A stretch of 64,000 bases of DNA from Candidatus Kerfeldbacteria bacterium (GCA_963731735.1 CAVSWO010000002.1:192875-256874), one strand, 5' to 3'. Positions 28,469 through 38,048 are shown, numbered from the stretch's first letter. Numbers and translations are program-made. Notes: generated by a model not told the origin, from the sequence alone.

Positions 28469-29413
28469 ATGCCGGAAACCAAAACCAATGAACTGACCCG
28501 CTGGAAGAATCGTTTTTTAAGTTACATTGAGGTTGAGCGCAACAAAAGCCTGTTAACCCGACGGAATTACGATCACTACCTGACCACCTTTATCACGGTT
28601 ACGCGCCTGACCCGCCCCGAACAAATTTCCCTGGATGACATCCGGGATTTCCGCCTTTGGCTCAATCGCCAAATTAGCGCCCGCGGTAACAGCCTGAAAA
28701 AATCTACCCAGAACTACTATTTGATCGCCTTGCGATCGTTCTTAAAGTATTTGGCCAAGCAGGATGTCAAAGCTATGGCCGCCGAGAAGATCGAACTCGC
28801 GAAAACCAGCGACCGGCAAGTCAGTTTTTTAGAGGGGGATGATCTCGAGCGATTTTTGAACGCCCCAATGCAGCCGCACGCGCAAAGCTTAGTGGCCATC
28901 CGCGATAAAGCGATTCTGGAGTTACTGTTCTCTTCCGGCCTTCGAGTTTCCGAATTAGCGAATCTCAAACAGGACAACCTTAATTTAAAAAAAGACGAAT
29001 TCACCATCCGCGGCAAAGGCGATAAACTCCGGGTGGTGTTCTTATCGTCAGCAGCCAAAAAATGGATCGCCCTATATCTGCAAAAACGGCATGATGGATC
29101 CCCGTATCTATTCGTCCGTCATGATCGGGCCGGTAAACGCACCAGCGAATCAAAGCCGCTCACGCCACGTTCAATCCAACGTCTGGTTGATCACTACACC
29201 AAAGCGGCTGGAATTACAAAAAAGGTTACTCCCCATACGTTGCGACACTCCTTCGCAACTGATCTCCTGATGAACGGAGCTGACATTCGAAGCGTTCAGG
29301 CCATGCTCGGGCACGCCTCGATCCAAACCACCCAGATCTACACCCACGTAACCAATCCACAACTCCGTGAGATTTACAAAAAGCATCACGGTAAGGGTCG
29401 GGCAGAAAACTAA
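28469..29413 (+). CDS. XerC/XerD-family tyrosine site-specific recombinase
   Basis: N-terminal SAM-like domain and C-terminal catalytic domain with R...HxxR...Y (HTLRHSFATDLLMNGADIRSVQAMLGHASIQTTQIYTHV). Confidence 0.85.
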   Translation: MPETKTNELTRWKNRFLSYIEVERNKSLLTRRNYDHYLTTFITVTRLTRPEQISLDDIRDFRLWLNRQISARGNSLKKSTQNYYLIALRSFLKYLAKQDVKAMAAEKIELAKTSDRQVSFLEGDDLERFLNAPMQPHAQSLVAIRDKAILELLFSSGLRVSELANLKQDNLNLKKDEFTIRGKGDKLRVVFLSSAAKKWIALYLQKRHDGSPYLFVRHDRAGKRTSESKPLTPRSIQRLVDHYTKAAGITKKVTPHTLRHSFATDLLMNGADIRSVQAMLGHASIQTTQIYTHVTNPQLREIYKKHHGKGRAEN

Positions 29414-29516
29414 AGAATAATTCCTCCCGCTGAATTCCATCGGTTCGGCTTGCACAAAGTTGCCATCCCCGCTAGGCTGGGGGCGGTTCTTTCCATGACT
29501 CCAAAACTCGAAGGAG

Positions 29517-30266
29517 GTGAGGCAGGTGAAACGCGGATCTGGCTGGGCGGATTGGGAAACTTTTTTCCAAGCCTTTGCCCCCGTGATTGAACAATTTCTG
29601 CTTGCCCATCATCGGCTCCCCAAGCGATCGGAAATGGCTGGGACACACCAGTATTTATTGAGTGCGGCCGACCGTCATCACGGAAGTTACACGGCTTGCC
29701 TGTGCCGGGCCGGATTTACCCCTGAGCCGTATCCCCGTCCGAAATCACCCCAGGAAAACTGGCGCGATCGAGCCGTCCAGTTGGCGTGTCTCCGACATGA
29801 TTTCCGGACTTGGACCGCCTGGGGCATCATGCCATCGCCAAACACGGTTCGGTCCATTCGCCCCGGCCTGGCAAACTTCTGGTTGAAACCACCGAGCACC
29901 TGGCAAGCGGTTGCCCGAACCTTCAACTTGGACTTGGCTTCCGTTGGTGAGACCCGGCGACGGACGGCGATGGCCATCGCGGAAACGTTGGATTTCTACG
30001 AACGCCACGGGCGTTATCCGCTGATCAGCGAGTGCCGACCGATTTTGCGGCAACGCCGGTTTCGTCGGAAAACCAGCTGGCCAACGTTTCTGACCCAAGT
30101 TGATTTTCACCCGCGAACTATTGAACATTTGCTGGCCCGCTGGAAGGCGCACTACCTGTGGTGCCACCTCCATGACGGTATTCGGATTCCCGAAATTCAG
30201 CGCACCATCAACGCGCTGCACATCAAAAAAAGTCTGCTTGAACCCTTTGGCCGCTCGTCGCCCTGA
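29517..30266 (+). CDS. Trp/Arg-rich basic hypothetical protein, no recognisable domain
   Basis: 249-aa track ORF between the recombinase and tRNA-Arg. It is followed by a textbook terminator. The start may be the internal Met (MAGTHQY). Confidence 0.45.
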   Translation: MRQVKRGSGWADWETFFQAFAPVIEQFLLAHHRLPKRSEMAGTHQYLLSAADRHHGSYTACLCRAGFTPEPYPRPKSPQENWRDRAVQLACLRHDFRTWTAWGIMPSPNTVRSIRPGLANFWLKPPSTWQAVARTFNLDLASVGETRRRTAMAIAETLDFYERHGRYPLISECRPILRQRRFRRKTSWPTFLTQVDFHPRTIEHLLARWKAHYLWCHLHDGIRIPEIQRTINALHIKKSLLEPFGRSSP

Positions 30267-30280
30267 CGAGCGGTTTTTTT
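30251..30280 (+). terminator. Rho-independent terminator (9-bp stem CCGCTCGTC/GACGAGCGG, 5-nt loop, T7 run)
   Basis: Read directly. The stop codon of the upstream ORF lies in the loop. Confidence 0.8.
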
Positions 30281-30359
30281 ACTGGCCGTACCTGGCCTTG
30301 TTGCGGCGCGAGATTTTTCGATACAAATCCGCCGTCGCGGGTCATGGCCGCCGCCAATT

Positions 30360-30435
30360 TGGAGGCCCCAAGAGGAATCGAACCTCTATAACCGGCTTAG
30401 AAGTCCGGTGTTCTATCCGTTGAACTATGGGGCCA
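30360..30435 (-). tRNA. tRNA-Arg (anticodon TCT), CCA encoded
   Basis: Cloverleaf folded by hand: acceptor GGCCCCA/TGGGGCC, D stem GTTC/GAAC, anticodon loop CTTCTAA, T arm AGAGG-TTCGATT-CCTCT. Position 31/39 is an A-G mismatch. Confidence 0.7.
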
Positions 30436-30615
30436 GGCACCTCAGGTGACTGCTTCTTTGTAGCGTACAATACCGCGTCTGGCAACCGCCGGCTGGGTTG
30501 GTCACTGGACAAAGTTCACCAGCGTGCTACTGTATGCGGTGCGTATAGTACGTCTCGAAATGTAGTCGAATTTCAATATTGCTATCGATTTAACTCAATA
30601 TAACGCTCTAGCTCC

Positions 30616-30813
30616 ATGCAAGGAACTATCAAGAAGCTGACCGATAAGAACTTCGGCTTCATCGCGGCCGAGGGACAAGAAAAAGAATTGTTCTTCCACG
30701 CGAATGAATTGGTCGGAGTCACTTTTGACCAGCTGCAAGAGGGCGATGCCGTTACCTTCGAGGTATCGGACACCCCCAAGGGCCCGGCCGCGACCAAAGT
30801 GAGTAAGGTCTAA
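30616..30813 (+). CDS. Cold-shock protein (CspA family) with a long (over 130 nt) 5' UTR
   Basis: RNP1/RNP2 motifs KNFGFI and FFHANE in a 65-aa product. Confidence 0.9.
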   Translation: MQGTIKKLTDKNFGFIAAEGQEKELFFHANELVGVTFDQLQEGDAVTFEVSDTPKGPAATKVSKV

Positions 30814-30884
30814 CCTGCCCAGGTACCAAACACCCGCCAAACGGCGGGTGTTTTGGATTCGACTGGTACGATTTGGAACGGTGC

Positions 30885-31202
30885 TTACGAACTGGTCAGG
30901 CCGAGCACCACAAAAATAATAATCGTCTCGATCACCAGCAATCCGATATTCGTACAAACCAGGCGGATCGCTTCAGTTTTTTTGCCGTTGAAAAACCAGT
31001 AGGCGGGAATCCCTACCACTAACCCGCCAACAATTGCCGCCGAAACGGTAAACAGCAGCAGGACCGCGATTGGGGTAACCCAAGTATCTTGAGTCCCGAA
31101 CCACTGATTGCCATGGCTCATCACCAACGCCACCAGACTGACGTAGGCAACTACACCAAGGGAGATGAGGAAACTTCGAATCGTAATTTGATTAGGTTTC
31201 AT
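30885..31202 (-). CDS. Small 3-TM membrane protein (start corrected to MKPNQITIRSF...)
   Basis: Track ORF 30885..31307 overlaps tRNA-His. The internal Met at 31200-31202 gives a 105-aa hydrophobic protein that clears the tRNA. Confidence 0.45.
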   Translation of the reverse strand: MKPNQITIRSFLISLGVVAYVSLVALVMSHGNQWFGTQDTWVTPIAVLLLFTVSAAIVGGLVVGIPAYWFFNGKKTEAIRLVCTNIGLLVIETIIIFVVLGLTSS

Positions 31203-31223
31203 GACGCGTTTCGTAAGTTGGTC

Positions 31224-31298
31224 TGGGGTGGCCAACGGGGATCGAACCCGTGATAAAGGCTCCACAAGCCTCTGTGTTACCACTACACCATGGCCACC
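31224..31298 (-). tRNA. tRNA-His (anticodon GTG) with encoded G-1 and CCA
   Basis: Hand-folded. G-1 pairs with C73. Anticodon loop TTGTGGA. Closely resembles E. coli hisR. Confidence 0.8.
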
Positions 31299-31312
31299 AT
31301 GATGCACCGGCG

Positions 31313-31341
31313 AGTGTAGTGAAAAATATGGGGATTGTCAA
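31313..31341 (-). promoter_or_regulatory. Consensus-like promoter for tRNA-His (TTGACA-17 bp-TACACT)
   Basis: Minus strand reads ggcgTTGACAatccccatatttttcacTACACTcgccggtgcatcat-tRNA. Confidence 0.5.
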
Positions 31342-31380
31342 CGCCAGCGGTTGCGATTGGCTGCCGGCATGCGGTACACT

Positions 31381-32091
31381 ATGGACATGAAAAAAATGGT
31401 TCGCCGACTAATCGTGACACTGTCCTTGTTTCTCGTAATACTGATTGGCGGATTGGGCTACCTGGGTTTTATTCCCGGCGTTTCGGCGCTATTTGGATCA
31501 AATCATCCGGTCGATTTAGGCACACCTTATACCGAAGCAAACCGGCTATCGGCCAATCAGAAATTCGAACAGACTTTTGTCTCCCCTTCGAACGGCGCCG
31601 ATCCCTTGGCCCTGCTTCAAGCGGCCGACACGCAAACCATTGACGACACCTTCTCGGCCCAAGAAATTGCCGCGCACATAGAAGAAACGCATCCCGTCTC
31701 GGATGTCCAGGTTCGGTTCAATGACGATGGAAGCTTTGAAGCTTCGGGGCGAATTGATAAATCGCGGATCACGTCCTTTCTTCACGCGACCGGAATTTCG
31801 AATATCGACCAGGCTGGCGTCCTGGCCACGATTGATAAATATTTGCCCGGCAATCCTCCCTTTTATCTGGCTGGCACTGGCAGTGTTACCGACCAGAAAC
31901 CTAGCCTGGAATTGACCGCCGTCAAACTCGGACGATTGCCGCTCTCTCCTGAACCCTTTGCTTCCGGCTTACGCACCTACGCGACTGCCGTCATGGATCA
32001 TGTTCCGCATTTCGATCCGGCCGCGATCACCATCGAAAATAATCAACTGCACTATGTCGGAACCGGCCCGGCAGTCGTGCCAATCTACTAA
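31381..32091 (+). CDS. N-terminally membrane-anchored exported hypothetical protein
   Basis: TM helix LIVTLSLFLVILIGGLGYLGFI followed by a soluble domain with no recognised motif. Start chosen at MDMKKMV; the track ORF starts at 31351. Confidence 0.5.
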   Translation: MDMKKMVRRLIVTLSLFLVILIGGLGYLGFIPGVSALFGSNHPVDLGTPYTEANRLSANQKFEQTFVSPSNGADPLALLQAADTQTIDDTFSAQEIAAHIEETHPVSDVQVRFNDDGSFEASGRIDKSRITSFLHATGISNIDQAGVLATIDKYLPGNPPFYLAGTGSVTDQKPSLELTAVKLGRLPLSPEPFASGLRTYATAVMDHVPHFDPAAITIENNQLHYVGTGPAVVPIY

Positions 32092-32095
32092 CTCC

Positions 32096-32566
32096 ATGAA
32101 GACGCTCCTCGTTTATGCCACCAATTCCAGCGGCACCTTCCAGGCCAGTCAAGTTATTCGCGAGCGCCTGGAACAGGCCGGCCACGCCGTAACCCTGCGG
32201 GCCGCCCAGGAAACGCAACCGGCTGATCTTAAAAAATTTCCGGTCGTTATTCTTGGCTCATGTACGTGGGAACTGTTTGTCGACGGCCAGCGTCTCGAAG
32301 GTCAGCTGCAAGAAAAGATGCATGCCTTGGTTCACTCGGCACATGATCTGAAGCTTCCCAAGACAACCTTTGCGGTTTTCGGGTTAGGTGACCGCAGTTA
32401 TACCGATTTTTGCCAGGCCGCGGATTTACTCGAAGCTTTCGTACACGATATTGGTGCGAAATGTATCGTCCCAACCTTACGCATTGATAGTTGGTTTTTT
32501 GAAATCCATCGTAACCGACAGGCGGCTGCTGAATGGGCGGAACAACTGGCCACCAAGCTGGCATGA
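32096..32566 (+). CDS. Flavodoxin-like fold protein
   Basis: N-terminus MKTLLVYATNSSGT (flavodoxin phosphate-binding loop T/S-x-T-G-x-T pattern) and a 156-aa alpha/beta pattern. Start corrected from track ORF 31958. The stop overlaps the next gene (ATGA). Confidence 0.55.
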   Translation: MKTLLVYATNSSGTFQASQVIRERLEQAGHAVTLRAAQETQPADLKKFPVVILGSCTWELFVDGQRLEGQLQEKMHALVHSAHDLKLPKTTFAVFGLGDRSYTDFCQAADLLEAFVHDIGAKCIVPTLRIDSWFFEIHRNRQAAAEWAEQLATKLA

Positions 32567-33834
32567 GGATTCTCCGCAAAGTACGAATTCCGACCGCCTA
32601 TACACGATCTGAAATTTTACGTTTCATTCCGGTCGCGCAACGCCGGCCACTCCAACGTCTGGCCCGTCAGCTCAAAGGCCAGCGGATTGTTCACGTCAAC
32701 GCGACCGCCGTCGGCGGTGGGGTGGCTGAAATCATGCAAAGTTTTGTCCCGTACTTGCGCGCCTTCGGGATCGCTTGTGATTGGTACGCCATTGATCCAA
32801 AACAGGTGCCGGCAAAATTCTTTCAATTTACCAACCGGTTACACAATGCCTTACAAGGTATTCCGGTGCGCTTCTCGGCGCGAGACTGGAGAGATTATCG
32901 TCATCTTAATCAGATCCTAGCCACGGAACTGGCCGAACTACCCTATGATGTTTTAGTCGTCAATGATCCGCAGCCGGTTTTGGCCGGTTCGTTGATTCAA
33001 GACTCGCGGCCGAAAATCTATATTAGTCATATCGACACTTCAGCCGCGCATCTCCCCGTCTGGAAAAAAATCATGCCGGCCGTTCGCGCCTACGACGCGA
33101 TCGTATTCAGCAACCGCGCATTCGTTCACCACAGCATCGGCCGCCAGAAACTGCACATCTTCACGCCCGCAATTGATCCGCTGGCGCTGAAACAACGACT
33201 GGTTCCCTCGGCCCGGGCTCGACGCCAGCTGGCCCGGTACCGCTTGCCGATCAAAGATCCCTGGGTCGTCCAGGTCTCACGGTTTGATGTTTGGAAAAAT
33301 CCGCTGGGGTTAGTCCAGGCCCATCATTACGTCCACCAAGCTATGCCCAACGTCCATACGATTTTTGTTGGTCTCAAAGAGGCTAAAGACAATCCGGAAG
33401 CGGATCGCGTGTATAAAGACGTGGTGCGGGTTGCCGAGGCACACCGGAACATCCACCTCTTCTTTGAGCCTTGGGGCATAAAGAGCATCCCCGAGTTTAC
33501 GATGCTGATCCAGAATGCCGCCGATGTGATTGTGCAAAATTCCATCAAAGAGGGATTCGGTCTGACGGTCACGGAGGCGATGTGGAAGAGCAAGCCGGTT
33601 GTTGGCGGTCCCGCCTCCGGCATTAAAAAGCAAATTCGGTCAGGAAAAAACGGTTTTATCGCGAAAGATTCCGAAGCCCTGGCGAAAACTATCATTCGAC
33701 TCTTACAAAAACCGGCCTTGCGGAGACGAATTGGCAAGTCCGCGCACGCCAGCGTCCAGCGCCATTATTTGATGTCCCGGCTGGTGCTCGACCACCTCAA
33801 GCTCTATGCCGCCGAGCTGCGTGCTCGACGTTGA
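32563..33834 (+). CDS. GT4-family (GT-B fold) glycosyltransferase
   Basis: C-terminal E-x7-E motif region KEGFGLTVTEAMWKSKPVVGGPASGIKKQI and trehalose-synthase-like N-domain HVNATAVGGGVAEI. Confidence 0.8.
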   Translation: MRILRKVRIPTAYTRSEILRFIPVAQRRPLQRLARQLKGQRIVHVNATAVGGGVAEIMQSFVPYLRAFGIACDWYAIDPKQVPAKFFQFTNRLHNALQGIPVRFSARDWRDYRHLNQILATELAELPYDVLVVNDPQPVLAGSLIQDSRPKIYISHIDTSAAHLPVWKKIMPAVRAYDAIVFSNRAFVHHSIGRQKLHIFTPAIDPLALKQRLVPSARARRQLARYRLPIKDPWVVQVSRFDVWKNPLGLVQAHHYVHQAMPNVHTIFVGLKEAKDNPEADRVYKDVVRVAEAHRNIHLFFEPWGIKSIPEFTMLIQNAADVIVQNSIKEGFGLTVTEAMWKSKPVVGGPASGIKKQIRSGKNGFIAKDSEALAKTIIRLLQKPALRRRIGKSAHASVQRHYLMSRLVLDHLKLYAAELRARR

Positions 33835-33882
33835 AATTTCCCTGAGAACTTGGTAGACTCAAGCCACTGAATTGTTACCCAC

Positions 33883-34617
33883 GTGGCTACAACCAAACGT
33901 ACATCCGCAAAACATTCGACCGCCCGACGCACGCGTCGCAGGCCGAAACATCCAACCGCCAGCGCCGGCCGGCGCCCCGTCCGCCGAGCGGCTTACCATC
34001 CCTATCACACCGGAGGCGAACTGACGCTCATTCTTTCGATGGCCTTACTTGGCATTGGTTTTTTGTTTGCCCCGCTGCCGATTCTGATTCGACTGTTTGG
34101 TTCGATTGGATTGTTTCTGGTCTTACCGGCCGTGATTTTACGGGAATATTGGCCGAAGCTGTCGCTGGCTGATCTCGGCTGGCAACATCCGGTCCATCCC
34201 CGACGTCCACACTTGTACAGCCTGGCGGCGATCGTGATTGCGTTTCTCCCGCTGGGTATTTTTTTAATTGCGCCTGACCCGAGCCACTTTGTGGCTGTTA
34301 CGCCGAGCATTGGTTGGATTGCCTGGCTGCTGGGTGAAGCAGTGGTCGCGATGCTGATTGTGAGTCAGTCGGCGTTTTTTACCGGACTGCTTCTTTTTCG
34401 ATTGACACATTTAGTCCGACCATGGGTGGCGGTCGTGCTAGTCGGGTTGATTTTGGCCATGACCCAATTGTTTATTCCCGGCATCGTTCGCTATATCGCC
34501 CTACCGTTGACCATGACCTTGGCCTGGATGGCCTGGCAAACAAAATCCTTTGTGCCGGTGGCGGTGCTCCAGATTGGCATCACCGTCTTCTACGATCTGA
34601 TTGTACGATTGACGTAA
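33883..34617 (+). CDS. Polytopic membrane protein with an Arg-rich N-terminal tail, function unknown
   Basis: 6-7 predicted TM helices. CPBP protease motifs are not convincingly present. Confidence 0.5.
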   Translation: MATTKRTSAKHSTARRTRRRPKHPTASAGRRPVRRAAYHPYHTGGELTLILSMALLGIGFLFAPLPILIRLFGSIGLFLVLPAVILREYWPKLSLADLGWQHPVHPRRPHLYSLAAIVIAFLPLGIFLIAPDPSHFVAVTPSIGWIAWLLGEAVVAMLIVSQSAFFTGLLLFRLTHLVRPWVAVVLVGLILAMTQLFIPGIVRYIALPLTMTLAWMAWQTKSFVPVAVLQIGITVFYDLIVRLT

Positions 34618-36264
34618 ATGCCGTACCTCCAAAAAGTTGCGCAGCCAAGTAACCGAAAAATGGCGGTTGAACCAAGACCGTTGAGTCCGCTGGTTGAACG
34701 CACCGTTGAGGCCTGGGTGCATTTGGCGCGTCCAAGTGACGACGCCTCGGTTCCCAAGGTTGAAGTTCACGGAACGGTCAGTAACGTGGCCTGGGCCTAT
34801 GAAAAATTGCGCCAAGCGATTGATTACCAGGACGAACATTTGCTTCGCAAAAATGCGATTCATCGGATCCTCAAACGCCGTTTGGTGGCCGGCGCAAATG
34901 CGAAAGATATTGCTGAGCCGCTGGTGGTTGAACTGATTCGTGGCCGATACTTACCAAACAATGCAGTCCCCACCACCCAAATTGACGAGACCGAAAATAT
35001 TATTAATCGGTACATTTATCTGTGGGCTAGTGTGCCGACGCTGGACGACCAAAAAGAATCCGAGCGTCTGTTCGACTGGTATCTCGATCTCGTCTCGGTT
35101 CAGCTCAACGAACTGTTCAGTCCGCCAGCTCGGGACGAATTGCTGCTGGAACTGATGCACCATATCGCCGATCGCGATGTCTCCGTGGCCAGCACCGAAA
35201 TGGACGAGCCGACCAAGGCCACCCAGCTCTATATCGCCATTCACCGGTCATTGCTGAAGTCCGACACAGCCATCATGCGCTACCATCTTTTCACTCGCAA
35301 TCATCCGGAGTGGGTCAGCGCTGATATCGATACCATCACCGTGCTGGGCGAGCATCTGCCAGAAATTCGGACGCGTATCGAACAGTCATTGTTGCACCCG
35401 GCTGGAGAACTCCTACAACGACTGATGAAGAAGTATGTCATCATATTTCAGGTATTGAACGATATAGTCGTCAAGCACGGCGAGGGCAGCGCTGCATTGT
35501 TGACGCAGCCGGAAGAATTAATCAAAGAAATCAAAGCGGCCTATTCGCATCGCCGAAAAACCGTGACCGGTCGTATAGTTCGGAGCGTTGTGCGGTCAAT
35601 CATTTACGTCTTTTTGACCAAGATGATATTGACGCTGCTGATTGAAGTCCCACTCGATCGACTGTTCTTTAGTCACAACCTGAATTACCTGCCATTGGTA
35701 ATCAACACCTCGTTCCCGCCCTTACTGCTGCTCTTTATCGGAATATCAATTCGCCCGCCCGGCAAAAAGAATGAAGAGGCGGTCATTGAAAAAGTTCAGG
35801 ACCTGGTGTATCGAGCGGATGAGCGCTATTCGGTTTTTAAACCCCGCAAGCCTATCCGCCGCAGTTCCGTCTTTACCTTCTTTTACCGAATTTTTTACGC
35901 GCTGACTTTTGTGCTCGTGTTCGGCGGCATCATCGCGCTGCTAACCCGGTTTGAATTCTCACCGGTCAGTACCTTTATCTTTATTCTATTCTTAACCATC
36001 GTGAGTTTCTTCGGTATTCGCGTTCGGTTGCTGTCGCGGGAACTGCTGGTCGTTGACCAACGGGAGAATATCTTCACGGTACTCTTTGATTTCTTCACTG
36101 TCCCCATCCTGCAAGTTGGCCGCTGGATCAGCCTGCGCGCTCCGAAAATTAATGTCTTAATTTTCTTCCTGGATGTGATTATTGAGGCGCCATTCAAGGC
36201 TTTCCTGGATGCCACCGAAGGCTTCTTCGGTTTCCTTCGGGAAAAACGCGAAGAGATTTATTAG
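34618..36264 (+). CDS. Large hypothetical protein: about 330-aa soluble N-domain plus a C-terminal multi-TM domain
   Basis: 548-aa track ORF starting immediately after the upstream stop. No motif I can name with confidence. Confidence 0.5.
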   Translation: MPYLQKVAQPSNRKMAVEPRPLSPLVERTVEAWVHLARPSDDASVPKVEVHGTVSNVAWAYEKLRQAIDYQDEHLLRKNAIHRILKRRLVAGANAKDIAEPLVVELIRGRYLPNNAVPTTQIDETENIINRYIYLWASVPTLDDQKESERLFDWYLDLVSVQLNELFSPPARDELLLELMHHIADRDVSVASTEMDEPTKATQLYIAIHRSLLKSDTAIMRYHLFTRNHPEWVSADIDTITVLGEHLPEIRTRIEQSLLHPAGELLQRLMKKYVIIFQVLNDIVVKHGEGSAALLTQPEELIKEIKAAYSHRRKTVTGRIVRSVVRSIIYVFLTKMILTLLIEVPLDRLFFSHNLNYLPLVINTSFPPLLLLFIGISIRPPGKKNEEAVIEKVQDLVYRADERYSVFKPRKPIRRSSVFTFFYRIFYALTFVLVFGGIIALLTRFEFSPVSTFIFILFLTIVSFFGIRVRLLSRELLVVDQRENIFTVLFDFFTVPILQVGRWISLRAPKINVLIFFLDVIIEAPFKAFLDATEGFFGFLREKREEIY

Positions 36265-36314
36265 CCCTGGTCGGGTTATCAGCCTGGGCTAAAATCGGGG
36301 TAACCTGAACGTTT

Positions 36315-36608
36315 TTGCCCCTCGCCCGCCCGAACGAAACCTGGTATACTCGCCACATGGAAAATCTTACCTTCGATCTCAATAATGTCTATCGGGAAAT
36401 TCTGACCCGGATGGAAGAACAGGGATCCTTTACCCAACAGGCCTATTTTGATTTAGTCGAAGAGGTTTTGGAGGAGAAACGTGAAATCGGGGAACTCGAT
36501 GACGATGCCAATATTGAGGAGTATGAAGATAAACTGCGGCATCGCTGGGATGAGGCTCGAACCGCTTTCGAGTCCGGTCATAATAAGGACGTCTTAGATC
36601 AAGAATGA
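36315..36608 (+). CDS. Small acidic protein, unknown function
   Basis: 97-aa Glu/Asp-rich ORF. Its stop overlaps the start of the ferredoxin gene. Confidence 0.4.
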   Translation: MPLARPNETWYTRHMENLTFDLNNVYREILTRMEEQGSFTQQAYFDLVEEVLEEKREIGELDDDANIEEYEDKLRHRWDEARTAFESGHNKDVLDQE

Positions 36609-36847
36609 GTGCTGATACATCTCCGGTTATCGAGAAGATTGAAATCGACCGTGAACTCTGCATCGGCGCGGCATCTTGTGTCGCTATCGCGCCTGAAATT
36701 TTTGAGCTCGATGAAGAAAATAAAGCGATCGCGAAGCCGGCCGCCGGGGCTGATCACAAACTGATCCTCGAGGCGGCTAAATCTTGTCCCGTCGCGGCAA
36801 TTTACCTGACCGGCCAAGCCGGCCGTCGAATCTACCCGGAACCTTAG
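36605..36847 (+). CDS. Single-cluster [3Fe-4S]/[4Fe-4S] ferredoxin
   Basis: Cys ligand pattern C-x5-C ... C-P (ELCIGAASCVAIAP ... KSCPVAAI) in 80 aa. Confidence 0.75.
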   Translation: MSADTSPVIEKIEIDRELCIGAASCVAIAPEIFELDEENKAIAKPAAGADHKLILEAAKSCPVAAIYLTGQAGRRIYPEP

Positions 36848-36906
36848 TTGCACGAAACACCTGATTCATATATACTACACATCGTAGTAGACTTATCCCC
36901 ACGCCT

Positions 36907-37671
36907 ATGGAATCATCCAAACCCACGAGTATCTGGCAAGGCACCACGCCACAGCTCGCTTTTATTTTTGGTGTCATCGCCGGTATCGCCGTCACTGTTT
37001 TAGTGATCATGGTGATCGGTACGCCGATTAAGCGGACCACCACTTCGGCCTCCGGCACGCCCACCGTCACAAACACTAATACCACCGCCGACAGCGGCAG
37101 CCAGACGTATGGTGACGTCAAAGCGGTGTCAGACAGTGACTATATCCGGGGCGCAACCAACCCAAAAGTTACACTGGTTGAATATTCCGATTATGAATGC
37201 CCGTACTGCAAGAGTTTCCAACCGACCCTGCAGCGCATCATGCAAGACTACTCGAATGATGTGGCTTGGGTCTATCGCCAGTTCCCATTAAGCTTCCACG
37301 CCAACGCCCAAAAAGAATCCGAAGCTGGCCTCTGCGTCGGTAAACTCGGCGGTAATGACGCCTTCTGGAAATTCAGCGACACGATTTTCGAACGGACCAC
37401 GTCAAACGGCTATGGATTCTCGTTAGATAATCTCGGGCCGCTAGCCAAAGAGGTTGGCGTCGACCAGGCCAAGTTTCAATCTTGTCTCGATGGCGGAGAT
37501 ATGACATCGCAGGTTGCGGCTGATACGGCTGACGGAACCGGAGCCGGCGCGAGCGGCACCCCGACCACCTTCATTGTTGATCAAAACGGCAAAACGCTCA
37601 GTGTGATTCCCGGCGCCCTGCCGTACGATCAAGTCAAAGCACAACTCGATCAGGCTTTAGCCTCAATCTAG
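36907..37671 (+). CDS. Membrane-anchored DsbA-like thiol:disulfide oxidoreductase (thioredoxin fold, CPYC active site)
   Basis: TM anchor, then TLVEYSDYECPYCKSF and a DsbA-type helical insertion. Confidence 0.85.
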   Translation: MESSKPTSIWQGTTPQLAFIFGVIAGIAVTVLVIMVIGTPIKRTTTSASGTPTVTNTNTTADSGSQTYGDVKAVSDSDYIRGATNPKVTLVEYSDYECPYCKSFQPTLQRIMQDYSNDVAWVYRQFPLSFHANAQKESEAGLCVGKLGGNDAFWKFSDTIFERTTSNGYGFSLDNLGPLAKEVGVDQAKFQSCLDGGDMTSQVAADTADGTGAGASGTPTTFIVDQNGKTLSVIPGALPYDQVKAQLDQALASI

Positions 37672-37680
37672 CTAGCCGAA

Positions 37681-37716
37681 AAAACTCCTCGCTCAACCCG
37701 GGGAGTTTTTATTTTT
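37681..37716. terminator. Bidirectional intrinsic terminator between convergent genes (AAAACTCC...GGAGTTTT flanked by A- and T-tracts)
   Basis: Read directly between the dsbA-like stop (37671) and the minus-strand gene stop (37709). Confidence 0.6.
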
Positions 37717-37972
37717 CGTCCGAAGTAAACCAGGATCGCAAGCGTGTCGATACGATCACGATTGCGATAGTCACCAGGATGGCATATCCAAATTTATACA
37801 ACACGCCATGGCCTTGTGGGAAAAGCGTTTCGAAAAAGCTCCGGACGGCATCATTCCAAGCCAAAGCGGCGACCAGTCCGAGGCCGCTCAAGAGCAGGGT
37901 GATGGTTTGCTGCCGGACTTCGGATCGCAGCGAAGCCGGTGATTTTTTTGTTTGGGTGTTGGGAGTGGGCAT
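37709..37972 (-). CDS. Small 2-TM membrane protein (DUF5654-like)
   Basis: 87-aa ORF with two hydrophobic helices. Convergent with the dsbA-like gene. Confidence 0.5.
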   Translation of the reverse strand: MPTPNTQTKKSPASLRSEVRQQTITLLLSGLGLVAALAWNDAVRSFFETLFPQGHGVLYKFGYAILVTIAIVIVSTRLRSWFTSDEK

Positions 37973-38048
37973 ACATCTAGTCTACGCCGTGATTGACGCA
38001 CCGTCAAAGCGGTGGTAGGCTGAAAGCATCAGTCACTCATGTTGAGCT

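Noticed and set aside
28469-30435. Intact prophage or integrative element
   Set aside because: Only a recombinase and one orphan gene are present. There are no capsid, terminase or replication genes, and I found no second att copy of the tRNA-Arg(TCT) 3' end. It is kept only as a low-confidence remnant hypothesis.
30885-31307. 140-aa ORF including the His-rich N-terminus MHHGGHGVV...
   Set aside because: Its N-terminal part is antisense to tRNA-His (31224..31298). It was trimmed to the internal Met at 31202.
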